Below are positions 26,626 through 38,770 of a stretch of DNA of 64,000 bases, one piece after another. The stretch's first letter is position 1, and the number at the start of each line of letters is the position of its first letter. The position numbers were made by a program, and so were the translations under genes. The stretch is from assembly GCF_036321535.1 (NCBI RefSeq), contig NC_087436.1, forward strand, positions 119,848,001-119,912,000, written 5' to 3'. The notes under the pieces are model-generated. The model was not told the DNA's origin and did no database searches. It worked only from the letters and a program-made list of their open reading frames with translations. Origin of the DNA: Camelus dromedarius. Lineage: Eukaryota.

Positions 26626-28474
26626 GCATGTAAAAAGCCAGGGGGCTGCACCCTGTGCCGAAACTCTGAGGAGAGGCCCAAAGGATAGAACAGGGGCCTG
26701 ATGCTGATCAAAAGCAACAGAGAATATCACAGAAGGAAAGCAAAGTCGGGAAGGGGGGATAGGGCTGGAGTCTAGCAGGGCCAGCGGGAAGTCCGCACGT
26801 GAGCTGTCAGGAAAGCATGTTCCTGGGCATGCGTGTCACCCTGAGCACGGCAGGGAAGGGGGCCTGGGCCACGGCGGACACGCTGAGCACACACAGGAAC
26901 ACCGTGGGTCACAGTGATGTCTGTAGGGACTGCATACACTCCAGACAGGAGGCCGGCAGAGAGTGGGTTACCTGGTGATGGGTGAGGCCGAGGAGCCACC
27001 AGGGGCAGGGAGGCAGCCCGGAGACGAGGACTGCGGGGTTCACTGCCTCCTCTGGGGTGGAGCATGCAGGGAGAGGGCGGTGGTCCTCCAGCTCAGGAGC
27101 CACGGCCCAGCAGGAGTCAGAATCTAGGTGGGCCTGTCCGGTGGGAGCTGGAGCAGGAGCAGGAGCAGATGCAGCCTCTGCTGGAGACACACAGGAGGTG
27201 GAGGGCCGAGGGAGAGGTACCCTGGCTTCTCCCTCCACCCGCCCTCTAGCCTCCCACTGGGGCCTCCCATTGGCTGAGCCCAAGAGGAAGTCGGCTGGTA
27301 GATGGACGGCCGGCCTGGGAAGGGGGTCTGGCTCCCATGGCTCAAAGCAAGGCGGGGTCAGGGGATGGATTTGGAGGGAAACAGAAGGACTGCGGCACAA
27401 CCAGCAAAACGCTGCCAAGTCTGTTCTCGTCCGCACAGACTGGAGGACTTTGAGGAAGACATGGAGAGCATGCCTCTCGTGCCCATTTCACAGATGGGAG
27501 ACGTCAAGCTTCAAAAGGGCCGGATAAACCACCAGGAAGAGGGCTTTGCGGGCTGAGGGAGGCTGCGTAGGGTGAGAAGAGGGAACGCCTTGCGGTGACG
27601 CCGGGAAGGCCGCGCTCACCTCTTGGCAATGACCCCGCTGGGCTCGGAGGAGAAGGCTCAGCCTCCCCACCCTGACGGGCTGTGTCCCACAGAGGCTCTG
27701 TCGCAGGAGGCCCAGCACTGCCCTGCCACACCACGAGCTCCTGCCAGCTGCCGGCACCCGCCGTCACTGCTCCGCGGACCGCGACATCACCTCCCTCCCA
27801 AAACACTCCTTTGTTTCTTCTTCTTTTTTTTAATTGCCACTAGACTAATCCCAGTCTGTCTTCTCTCTGGCCCTTGATGGTGAATTTAACTTAATAGGCT
27901 GTAACCGCAGCGCCTCTGATCTTTAAATGCCGCGTTTATTTGCCTTATTAGTGTGGCTGTGGGGTCTGAAGAGAGTGCGGAGGTCTAGTGCGAAGTGGGT
28001 TCCCACCAGCGGTCTGATCAGTTTCACAGCCTTGCTATGTTCACAGCCCCAGATTGAGAGTGACGTGGACACAAAGCCTTCCCTTCCCAAGGGGTGGCAG
28101 GACCGCACCTGACTGGGGCTGGCAGGGGAGGCTGGGCAGGAGGAAGGGCCCCTGCTGAATGTTCCGGAGTCCTGGCTGGGAGGGTCCTCCTTGCAGCCCA
28201 AGACAGGATGGTGCTCCAGCCCTCCCCGCTGTCAGCAGCTTCTGTGTGTGCGGCGTCTGCCTGCTGACTCCCCACCGAGGGTGCCTTGCCCTGTCACCAG
28301 CCCTTCGGTTACCACATTGGCCAGACTGGCTGAGGTTGAAATCTGAAGGGCCCTGGCTTCATGATATAGGCCAATTCCAGGTCCCTGGAATCCAATGGCT
28401 GTGAGCAAGGGGCTGGGGAGATGTGTCCTGTTCCATAGGCAGCGTGTCCAGGAAATGCATCCTGGGTGTGGAGT

Positions 28475-28745
28475 CCCACCTCAGGGCCTTTGCACGTGCT
28501 ACTCGTTTCCAAATACCCACATGGACTCCTGGATGCATCCTAGTTCTCTGTTCAAATGTCCTTTCTTTGAGGAGAGCGTCCTGGGCCACTTTGCCTGAAA
28601 TGCCCCTCCCCCATGACTCTGCTGCTTATTCTTCCATTCAGAGCACACAGCGTACCCGGCACTGGACACTCACTCTGTTCAGTGATCATCCCACTGCTCC
28701 TCCAGAGCGTCTGTCAGCTCCCTGGGATCCGGAGCACTGCAGGAT
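28475..28745 (+). mobile_element. L2 fragment
   Basis: cacctcagggcctttgcacgtgct…ttcaaatgtc… L2 motifs. Confidence 0.6.
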
Positions 28746-29709
28746 GGTCTCCTGCTTCCCTGCGGCCAAGGGAGATGCCACACATTGTCCCCAGACCTTT
28801 CTGTCATGGGACGTCTGCTCCTGAGATGACCCTAGGAGAAAGGGGACAGGGAGGGTGGCAGGGGTGAATGAAGCAGTGAATGGCTCATGGAGAGAGAGAC
28901 AGACAGACAGACCAAGAGAGGCAAGGACAGTGCTAAACCTGTGGAGAGACCCTCAGAGACAGAGGCAGAGTTATAGGTGCAGAAGGAGAACCAGAGGCCC
29001 CGCCCAGAGGGACAAATGGAGAGATGGACTCTGGGGAGTGTTTCTGCAGACACGGTCTGGGCGCCCCCAGTGAAGGTGGCGATGCTCTGGGGGCTGGAAG
29101 GCAGGTGCAAACAGGGAAGGGCGAAGGCCAGACAGCCTGTTTCTTCCTGGTGCTGGAAAATTGAGCTCCCCTCCCTCACTGTCTGGAATTCCAGCGTCAG
29201 CCATCTGCTTCTCCCCCAGATATTCAGATGCAGAAAATTCAGACAAGCTTTGGCCCCTTTCCTGGTAAGAAACTGTCCTCAGAAGAAAATCTACTTAATG
29301 GGGAGGAAAACAGAGAACTGACATCACCCCGGGCCCAAATCACACACACAGTCTTCTTTAGTGGGTCCAGGGGAGGCGGCATATGTGATGCGCCCAACGT
29401 GGGCCGCAGCGTGGGCCCCACAGATTCATTCTCGGGCCCCTGTGAAGGACACCACATTCTGGAATCCCCCCAGGAGTGGGTTCCGAGAGCTGGGAGACAC
29501 AACAATGGTGGAAACAGGCCCCAGAGGAGACTTTTCAGGCAGGTGGTTACTGGGAGAGCATCTCAAAGGCTCCCTCGGTCACTTATCAGACATCCCCTGT
29601 GCTCCTGGGGGCAGAGACTCTCCAAGGCATCTCCGGGTCCCCCCTCAAAGCCCAGCCCAGGGCCAGGCACAGAGCAGGGACCCAGTAACGTGTGGTGTTT
29701 GAGTTGGAC

Positions 29710-29830
29710 AGAAGGAAGGAAGGAAGAAGGAGGGATGGACAGATGGATAGATGGACAGGTGGATGGGCAGGTGGGTGGTGATGAAAGGATCGAAGGATGG
29801 ATGGATGGAAAGATGGGTTGATGGATGGAC
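29710..29830. repeat. (GGAA)/(GGAT)-type repeat following an L2-like tail
   Basis: gaaggaaggaagg…gatggatggatgg after …ccaggcacagagcaggg…. Confidence 0.8.
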
Positions 29831-30125
29831 AGTCATTGAGGAAAGCAGGTGGGAAGTGTTCTGAGAGAACTGGGGATGTCCAACCAAAAACAAGCCCAGA
29901 ATACCATGAGGCACAGCTCACTGGTCTATAGCTTGCATCCATGGGATTAGTCCCTCCCAGAATCAACCCCTCAGACTCCATCCTTACCATCATCTTAATA
30001 CCCACCCCCAGGCTTTCCAAGGACAGGGCCCGAGAAAACCTCCACTCCCTCCCTCCCCCATCCCCTTCCCCCAGGCCCCCCTCAGGCCCCTGTTCACCTC
30101 CTTTTCCACGTTACCATGGGAGGAG

Positions 30126-30144
30126 GAGCGCCCTCTACTGACGG
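30126..30144 (-). promoter_or_regulatory. CTCF motif candidate (reverse orientation)
   Basis: Minus strand CCGTCAGTAGAGGGCGCTC resembles the CTCF core CCASYAGRKGGCRS with one core mismatch. Confidence 0.45.
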
Positions 30145-33100
30145 ACACATGCAAGTGTGGCAGGTGTCCTTTTGTGAGCACCCTGGGAGTATGCGAGACC
30201 CCATGTCTCCATGAGGCCAGAACCCCAGGTGGTGGGAGCTCTTCGTCTGAATCGAGCCTGTCCCAGAGATACTGCCATCAGGGACCACGGGGCCTTGGGA
30301 AGCCGCTTCTGGTCCCAGAACCTCTGTTTCGCTTCTTCTTTGTCAAGGCCAGTTCTCACACCTCCCTCCAGGCTGCAGGTGGGCTAAGAGGCTGTAGGTA
30401 AAGCCCGAGGCACTTTTTCTGGAACACAGGGCCACTTGGAGGACCATCACCGCTGCTTTCCCTGCAAGCAGAAGGGGAGGGTCGAGGGCTGTGGAATCCG
30501 ACAGGCCTGAGTACCCCCTGCCTCTCCACCTGCTTGCTGTGGATCTCTGAGCAAGTCACTTAACTTCTCTGAGCCTTGATTTTCTAGTCTCTAAAGTGGG
30601 ACTCTCTGTGGTCACAATGCAAGAGGGCGCTTTGAAGAAGTATGCTGTGCCCTACAGGTGTAAGTTGCATAACTTTTAAAAACATTTTTACTGTGGACAA
30701 GTGGGAGTTCCAGCCCGGGCCTCGGCCAACGGCCAGCAGAAGCCCCCACGCCTCACCCCGCTGAGACAGCACTGCTGGCCAAAGCTCCTGGGAGGGGGGA
30801 CCTGGCTGCAGCTTGATTCTAGAAGTGAGGCATGGACAAAGAGTCATGGTCAGCGTTCACAGGGCCTGGAGTTTAAGGGGTCCACTTGCAGCCCAGTCAG
30901 GACACTGGGTCTGGAGGTTGGCCAGAGCCAGGGATGGCGGGCACCATCTGATTGGCGCCTCTGGGCACAGGGACCCCAAGGGAGATGCGGTGCCGGGGAG
31001 GCCCGCCCTGTGGGGGGGGGTTGGGGGAGGTGAGATTCCGTGGCCCCAGGGATGCCCCCGTGCTTCCCCGGAGCCGGCCTGCAGTCTTCCCACCGCCCCG
31101 CCCGCGGACCTGTGGTCTGTGGTCGGAACAATCAATCCTGCGTGCTTGCTGCATGGCGGGCCTTCTCTGAGAACAGCTTAGCTCATAATTTTCAAGCGCT
31201 TAAAGGCATCTTGTCATTATTTAACTCTCAAATGGGATTCTTACGAATTGGAGAAATACGTTCCGCCAGTTTCCACCCGCTCCGGCTCCCTCGCCTGGAG
31301 TGCATCAAGTTATTACGCTGTGCCCGGGGCTGGGGGCGGTGATGCGGCCGCCTCCCAAAGAGAGAGCGCTGGGGAGGCGGGAGTGCGGCCGCTCCTCGCC
31401 TAAGTTTTACTGTCATTTCCTGCCATTATGGAAGGGGTTTGGCATCATTCATTCATTTCAGCAGACTTTCACTGATGTCTGCCGGGGCTGGGAGCAGGGG
31501 ACACAGAGGCGAGGGCTATGGTCTTGCAGCTTTCACAGTGTCACAGGGTGGGTGACAGACCCACAGGCGACTAGCTGCTGCTGGTGTCTGAGCCCAGGGC
31601 CAGCAGCTCCACGGGCCCAGGGTGAGCCCAGCCCAGGCCCAACCTGCGGGCCCCTGACTTACGAGCAAGGTTGCGGCAGGCAGCGAGGGAAGGAACACTT
31701 TCAGTAAGTGGAGCAGCCCTTGGGGGGGAAACAAAGCGTGACCGGATCACACATACAACAAACCCAAGGGAGCACCAGGGGTGGGTGGGCTCTCTGGGGC
31801 GGGGGGATGGGAAACCAGACACCAGCACTCCCCTCCCAGGAGCTGATGTTCTGGAGGAAGACAGACAATAGATCAGCAAAACACTTGTGCAGTGTCAGGC
31901 AGCAATATGCACTGTGGGCAAAAGTCAACCAGGACAAGGGACAGAGAGTAACAGGGGGAGGGACTTGGGAGCAGTAGATAAAGGCTCCGATCTGTAGAGG
32001 GCGGGCAGTTTGCAGCAGTGCATCCATCCCTGCAGCCCCAGGGAGTCAGCAAGACAGATAGGCATCCTGGCATCCTGCTCTCAACGTGCAGAGAAGGCAG
32101 CTCCATGGCCACTGAGCTAAAGCCGGAGCCCATGCATTGGGCAGTGCGCTGGGGCCACAGCGACGGCGTGAGACGGTGAAGAGCTCAGCCGAGACCTGCA
32201 GTGGACTGGGCCCGGCAGAGCCCCTGCCCCCTCCAGGCACTTTCCAGGCCGAGCAGGCGGACAGCCTTGGGGAGGCTCACATCATCCCGGGAGCCAGCTG
32301 CCTGCAGGCGCCTCCGAGCTTCATCCTAAGGCAGCAGCCACGGTCCACGCCATGCTCATGTGGAGGGGGCGTGAGGACAGGCTGCGTGACCTGCGGCTGG
32401 TCGCTCAACTTACTAGACCTCAGGGGTCCCGTCTATACCCTGGGGACATGCCTTCCACCCAGAGGTGTCACAAGGGTTAAATGAAGTGACAAGCTTGGAC
32501 CGCTCAGCACAGTAACTGGCCCAGGTGCAGCCAGTCCCTTCCTCCCCCTGTGCTCCCTGCCCACCCCCCACCAGACGAGGTGTGTGCGAAGGAGCAGGAA
32601 CGGGTTAACTCAGCTCATCTACGTTGTCCAAACCCCACACATCCAAAGGAAGGTTTAGTCCTTGACTGGCGCCTGGAAGAGTCACGTCTAAGCGCTTGGA
32701 AGGTCCTGCCTGTTAAGAGCTGTTTCCTAAGGCCTTGGGCCGGCCACACGTCTCTGCTAACAATGATTCGTGGTGGGGGCCTTGGGTCAGTGGGTCTCAT
32801 TTTTACCTTGGAGGGGCTGGAAACTCAGGCCAGCCACAAGGCGACATGACCAACCCCCAGAAGGGCAGCAGGGAGATCCACGCGGGGGTGCCAGGAGGGT
32901 CCCGGGTGTCCTGGGTCCTGTCTGCACCTGCCGAAGGCTCTGCTGTGAGTAGGGGTCTCCTCCCTGAGCCCCGCCCCCCTCCTGTGCAGAATGGCAGCTG
33001 CCAGCACCCCTCCCTGCATGCTTTCCGAGGCTCGCCCAGGGCCTGCTCTTGTTAGGAACCTGGCTCCATCCTGAAGGCTCTAGAGACACAGGGGAGGTTG

Positions 33101-33574
33101 TTCAGAGAGTGATGTCATGATTTGGGAGAAGACGAAACCAGCGTTGGTTGAAGGAACAGAGAGAACTCTGGGCCTCTGGCTGGCATGTCTGCGGGTTTTA
33201 TCAGCTGGGAAAACACAGGCCACGTGGGTGTGAACCCAGAGGTGCTCATTGTCTTCCACGGAGGGGCCCATCCTTCTTTGTGGTTGATGCTGACAGGGGC
33301 CCCTGCAGGATGCGTGAGCATGGGAAAGGGGAGACGGCGTGCCCCCTGGGAAGGAACTGGGCCAGGGTCCCCTCCGACCCCCAGCCGAACCATGAAGCAA
33401 AAATTCCCAGTTCACGTGGGGCCTGGGTCTTCTTCCCTGGGTGGTCCTGCTGCTTGTTGGAGCCCCCACCCACAGCCACACCCGCAGCACAGGTTGGAGA
33501 AGCGTCTCCTCTCACACCTTCCCTTCTGGGAAGTGGTCCCTGGTGAGGACTGGGGGCTGCGTGGGGTGGGGGGA

Positions 33575-33800
33575 CGTTCATGGGCTCAGAGCCGGACTCC
33601 TGGGGTTCAGACTCAGCCCCTGTGCTTATCACTTCACCTCTCCGTGCCTCGGTCTCCTCCTCTGGAAAATGGGATGGTGATGCTTGCCCCTACCTCGCAG
33701 AGGTATTGGGAGATTTAAGGGGGCCGAACCATGCCACACATGCAGCATGGAACCTGCCATGTGGGGGCAGCGATGCTGAGTTATTGCATTATTCTTATGG
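33575..33800 (+). mobile_element. MIR SINE, near full length (further short MIR pieces near 13760, 14280, 15720, 23820, 30540, 32390, 37920, 38680, 45310 and 49600 are not listed separately)
   Basis: cacttcacctctccgtgcctcggtctcctcctctggaaaatgggatg…cctacctcgcagagg. Confidence 0.7.
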
Positions 33801-35025
33801 TTGTTGCTTGATATCACAAGCAAGCTAAGCCTCAGGGTCCAGTATTAGAAAAGGACGGAGGCACCTGCAGGCCCAGATCTCAGAACTTCACCCCAGGTCC
33901 GGCGGGGCCTCCCGCCGGAGCGTGCGCAGCTGGTGCTGGGGAAGCGCGGGTGCCGGTGCCGGAGGGCGTGTCTTTCAGGACACAGTTGGGGAATGGAAAC
34001 CCGAAGGCTATGGGCGTGACTATTCGGTTTTGTCATTGAATCAACCTTTGTTTTGTATTCCGGGAATTTTTGACATTAAAACCTGTCCATCCAATGTCCC
34101 CAGTTTCATGGCTTAAAGCATCTCTTTGATGTTTGCTGAGATGGAGAGTCGTGCTCAGTGTGTCTCACTTCCTACTTCATTTTTGTACTTTGTGTTGAAA
34201 TATTCCTCTGAACATTTAAAAATAGGATTTCCTTCCATATCGCCCAGATCTCATCTGCTAATGTCGCTTTACATTTTTTTTCTTCCTCTTTAAAAATGTT
34301 CAATATATCATTTGGGCTGCCTTTAGCAGAAATCAGATACAGTCAACAGTTACTCAGAAAATCAACTCAAAGCGTCAGATTCTGTAATCCGGGAATTGGC
34401 ATGTAAAAATGTTATCATTTTCTGCCAGGACCCTCTAAGAATAAATGAGGACACTTGTTTTTAAAATATTGACTTGTAAGAGTTTCTTGAATCTAAGAAT
34501 ACATTTTTTAAAAGCCACGCAGAAGCTTAGAACTCCACTCCCAGGACTTAACCCTAGGGGATAATCCAGGGTGTGTTAAAGGAAGGAAAATTTAATGAAG
34601 GGCACAGGGGCTTGTAATAGAAATAATAGAAAAACAACAAAAAAAGCCAATTTCCAAAAAAAAAGGAAAAAGTCAATTTCCAAAGTGCACAGCACGTAGT
34701 GGGCACTTAGTGTTTTCAGAAAGGCTTTAGAAAAGTTCGTCCTAACCAGTGACCCGGCAACGACGCCACGTGCCCGGGGTGGGATACTACACAGCAGGCG
34801 GGCAATAAATGCGGCCCATTCAGTTATAAAGGCTGAACAAAATCTGGGCCCACGTTGTAACTGCAACCTGTAAATACGCTCACCTGCGGACAAGGGCTGG
34901 CCGGGGGTGGAGGGCCCAGCTGATGGCTGAACGAGACTCTTCTTTTCTTTTTATTGTTGTTGCTGTTTTCTGTTGATCTCATTCTATTATTTTTTCACAT
35001 TAACTGTTTTTTGTGTGTATGTATA

Positions 35026-35120
35026 TTTTTTATTGAAGTACAGGCAGTTTACACTGTTGTGTCAGTTTCTGGTGTGCAGCACAACGCTTCAGTCACACAT
35101 GAACATGCGTATGTTCATTC
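35026..35120 (-). mobile_element. Very short L1 3'-end fragment (lineage-specific)
   Basis: ttttttattgaagtacaggcagtttacactgttgtgtcagtttctggtgtgcagcac resembles the tail of the L1 at 61670. Confidence 0.7.
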
Positions 35121-35703
35121 TATTGTTTTTTAAAATGATTCCAAGAGGAGTGGAGGGTGCATCCGCATACTGGGAAGGAGACTTTATGGTGTGAAAGCTG
35201 CCGAACTTCAGGGATTTTCCTGAGGATAGGTTCCTAAGGTCTCAAGGGGAACCTAAGCTGGCCCGGGCCCCTAGCTGGCCTTGACACCAGCCCCTGACGC
35301 TGGGGCTCACACTCCTCAGCCTGGAGCGTTCTCCCGCCCTCCGTGTGCTGGGGATTCCGGGCTGTCCGCGCCCCCCACCCCCCCGGGGCAGCTGCCGACT
35401 GGGAAGCTCTTCGGAGCTGTGCTATCTGGTCTGCAGCAGGTCTCTCGTGTTACCATTTGTCTTATTCTATTTGGACGCTTCCTATTTGAAATGACACTTC
35501 TGGGCTTCAGGGGGCCTGGCATCCTCCCCAACGGGCTGGTTCCCCGGGAGAGCGTGTGCATCCGTGCGCGTCACCCTGGGCAGCGGGGCGAAGACGTCGG
35601 GTGCGGCCGGGCCTGTTCCTGGGAGGTGACTGGCCTGTCCCAGTTGTAGGACGGCTTGTGTGTCCTTCCTGACAAAATGCAAAGCGACAAGCACTGCCCC
35701 ACC

Positions 35704-35847
35704 GGCCTCCCCACACCCCCACTGCGTCAGGGTCACCCTGGCCTCCCCACACCCCCACTGCCACCCCCCTCCACCAGCCTCCCCACATCCCCACTGCGTC
35801 AGGGTCGCCTCGGCCTCTCCACGCCGCCACTGTGTCAGGGTTGCCAG
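35704..35847. repeat. 36-bp minisatellite, ~4 copies
   Basis: ggcctccccacacccccactgcgtcagggtcaccct-like units start at 35704, 35740, 35776 and 35812. Confidence 0.9.
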
Positions 35848-36639
35848 GCTCGCCGTGGCTTCTGCAAGTGCACCGGCTGAGGGCTTGTGGAGTGGCTGTG
35901 AAAGCAGGGACGTCTGCTGGGATTTGATGAGACCCGTGTGCCACAGTGAGCAGCAGGCCCACGCCCGGTGAGCCGTGCCCATGCCAGCAGAGTGCCCAGG
36001 ACACAGGCACCATTTAGCCCCCATGGTTATAACCCACTTCTAAAGACTCCACCTGCTGGGAAAAGAGCCTTATGCAAAGCTCCCACCTTGGGGCATCTTA
36101 AAACCTCCAGAAATAAAACCAGCAGAACTAGGGTGTCCCTTTCCCATCCAGAGAGCTGGACACTGGTAGGAGGTGCCCAATTTAGAACCCAAGTCGGATA
36201 CAGCCTCTCTTTGTCCCTTACGAGCTGAGCAAGTGACTCCACACGCTTGTGTCTTAGTTCACACGCCTGCACAGCAAGAGCGGTGGGCGGGATGGGGAGG
36301 AGGTAAGGTAGCCCGCTGGGGGTCTCGCTCCTGGGCCTGGAGCAGCCTCCGCCCCGGCGGCCCAGTCAGGGCTGAGGCCCCCGAGCGTCATTAGCATCTC
36401 CTCTGGGCTCCGTTCCGTGGCTCCTGGCCTGGGCGACTCCACGCCTCTGCCTGGGGCTGGGGCTTTTATTCCTTCGTTGCCGCCACTCGGAGCAGCCAGC
36501 GTCCTGACCAGCACTGGGGACTGAGTGTCAGGGGCGCTTCATACCCCCACCCCTTTGTCCGATGCCCTCTTCCTCCCCTTCCCTTCTCAGTTCCTGCCAG
36601 CTCCCCTGCAAGGCCCCCCAGGCCCCCCCGAGGCACATG

Positions 36640-36846
36640 TAGAGCCTTTGCCGGCTTCCATGAGAGCTGTTGGCACTTTCCTGGGTTCCATGGAAGCTTC
36701 TGGCATCTTCTCCAGACTCTGACAGCTCCTAGAACCTTCCCCAGGTTCCACGGGAGCTCCTGGCACTTTCCTAGGTTCCGTGGAAGCCTCTACCACCTTC
36801 TCCAGGCTCTGAGAGCTCCTGGCACCTTCCTGGACTCCGAGCTCCT
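36640..36846. repeat. ~30-bp degenerate minisatellite with 90-bp higher-order period
   Basis: tggcactttcct(g/a)ggttcc(a/g)tggaagc at 36671 and 36761, with related 29-31 bp units between and after. Confidence 0.85.
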
Positions 36847-38751
36847 CTTTGGCTGCATTTCCCAGGTCCTTTCCTTGTGCTTCACCCCACCCCCCGGATC
36901 CTGGGCTCCCCAGAGGCAGCACCCTGCCCTGGTCCACACCAGGTGCGGCATGAGCATGGCTCATCAGAATGGACGCTGGCACCGCCCAGAACTGGCTCCT
37001 GGTGGCCCCTGCTAAGCTGGGTTTAAGCCCTTTACTGCTGGTCTGTGAGGAGGTCTTGGGAGGGGCCGCGTCCAGGAGGAGGGGCTGTTGACTGACTGGT
37101 GTGGAATTCTTTCAGGATCTGAACAGTGAGTACAGCTGAGCTGGGACCACTGGCTGCAGAAACCCCGCCCACCCACACTGCACACCATGCCCAGCACCAA
37201 GCGTGCACGTAATAGGTGCTCAGGAAAGCTGTGCTGAAAGGAACTCCAGCTGAAGGAATTCACTGATCTCAGGAATTTTGAAGGATATGGAGTAAGAAGG
37301 CACAGTAGGCCAGGAGCCAGCATGAGGAGAGCATTGTGTGGGCTGCCCTGCAGGGCGATCTGGTCCCAGGTCCTGCCCCAATTTCCACCCCTAAGGTTTG
37401 TAGAGCTGCAGGCGGGGATACTGAGGCAGTCTCTGGGACCAGGGCCTGCCAGGCCCAGATTTATTCGGGAAAGATCTGCCAGCAAGCTTAACAGCACCTA
37501 ATATCCGTGGGCACAGAGCATCAGCAGGGCCACAGAAGTGAGGCTAGGAGCCACACATGGAAAGGCTGGTTGGGAGACTCCTGGGACGGGCTTGGAGAGG
37601 TGGGCACGGGCCCCTGCTGCCCACCAGCCCTCTCAGCCAGCCAGGAACACTGCCTGGGCTGATTTAAGACTGGCTTGAGTTAAGGAGAAGCCCTAAGCCA
37701 GGGAGAAAACCCACGGGTGGGACTAACAGCTCCTGAGTGAGGACAGGCTGTGGTCAGTGTCCGAATGCTAACGTGTCAGAGAACATTGCCCACCAGGCTC
37801 TGCGAGAATGAGACATGGAGTCAGAAAGTCCAGGCGCGCAGGGTGGGTGCTGGGCTGTGTGAACACCTCCAGGGTCGGGGGTGCACCCCTCGGGGAGCAG
37901 CCTGGGGTGGAGCAGAGAAAGCAGACTTGAGCCTGGCTGCCTGGGCTTAAACCGACTTTCCTGCAGTTGCTGTGCGACCCTCAGCAAGTCAGGGAAAGGC
38001 CTCGAGCCCCAGTTTCCTCAGGAAGGTATGCTCCAGGTCGAATGTGGCTGCCAGCGCTCTGCCCCGGGCACAATGCGCCCACGTTCATGTTAATGCCCCC
38101 AAGAGGCCGTTCACCTTGGAGGGAGACCACGCTCCCAGATCCTTGTGGTGACTTGCATGGCGCCTCCTCTGCCACCAACATCATGCGCCCCTTGAAGGCA
38201 GGTTGAGATCGCTTCGCTCAGCTCATCCACCTGGCTGGCGTCTGACTCCCTGCTTCACACTCAGAATCTCAAGTCACATCACAGAATTTTCTTAAAGGAC
38301 TTGACGGCCCCACCAGTGCCCTGTGCTGCCTCAGTTCTCCTCCCTCGCTGATCCTGGGAGAGTTTATCAGTTGGTCCAGGGCAGCAGTGGATCAAAGCCT
38401 CGTCTTTCTGGGCCCCACTGCGTTGTCAGTTCCTGAGGACAAGGGTGGCCCCTGGGTGATGTCCCCTAGGCGAAGATATTCCTTCTCATCTCACCTTGCA
38501 GACCTTGGGGGCAGCTGGAGTCCGACCAAAGCTCCGCAGGGCGGTCAGCCGGGGTATGAGTCTCTAACAAACTTACACCACCTTCCCTGGAGGGAGAGCC
38601 GGGGGTGGGCGCCTGGAGATCGGAGTTGGATCCATCTCTGACCTCACCATGGGTATCTGAGGTCTATGCCTCAGGCCCCTTTTACAGATAAAGAAACTGA
38701 GTCTTGTGGAGGTCCCAGCCTTGCCCCAGGCCACACACTTGCAAGTGGTGC

Positions 38752-38770
38752 CGGCCTGCAGGGGGCGCCA
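38752..38770 (+). promoter_or_regulatory. CTCF motif candidate (forward orientation)
   Basis: CGGCCTGCAGGGGGCGCCA vs consensus TGGCCACCAGGGGGCGCTA. Confidence 0.55.
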
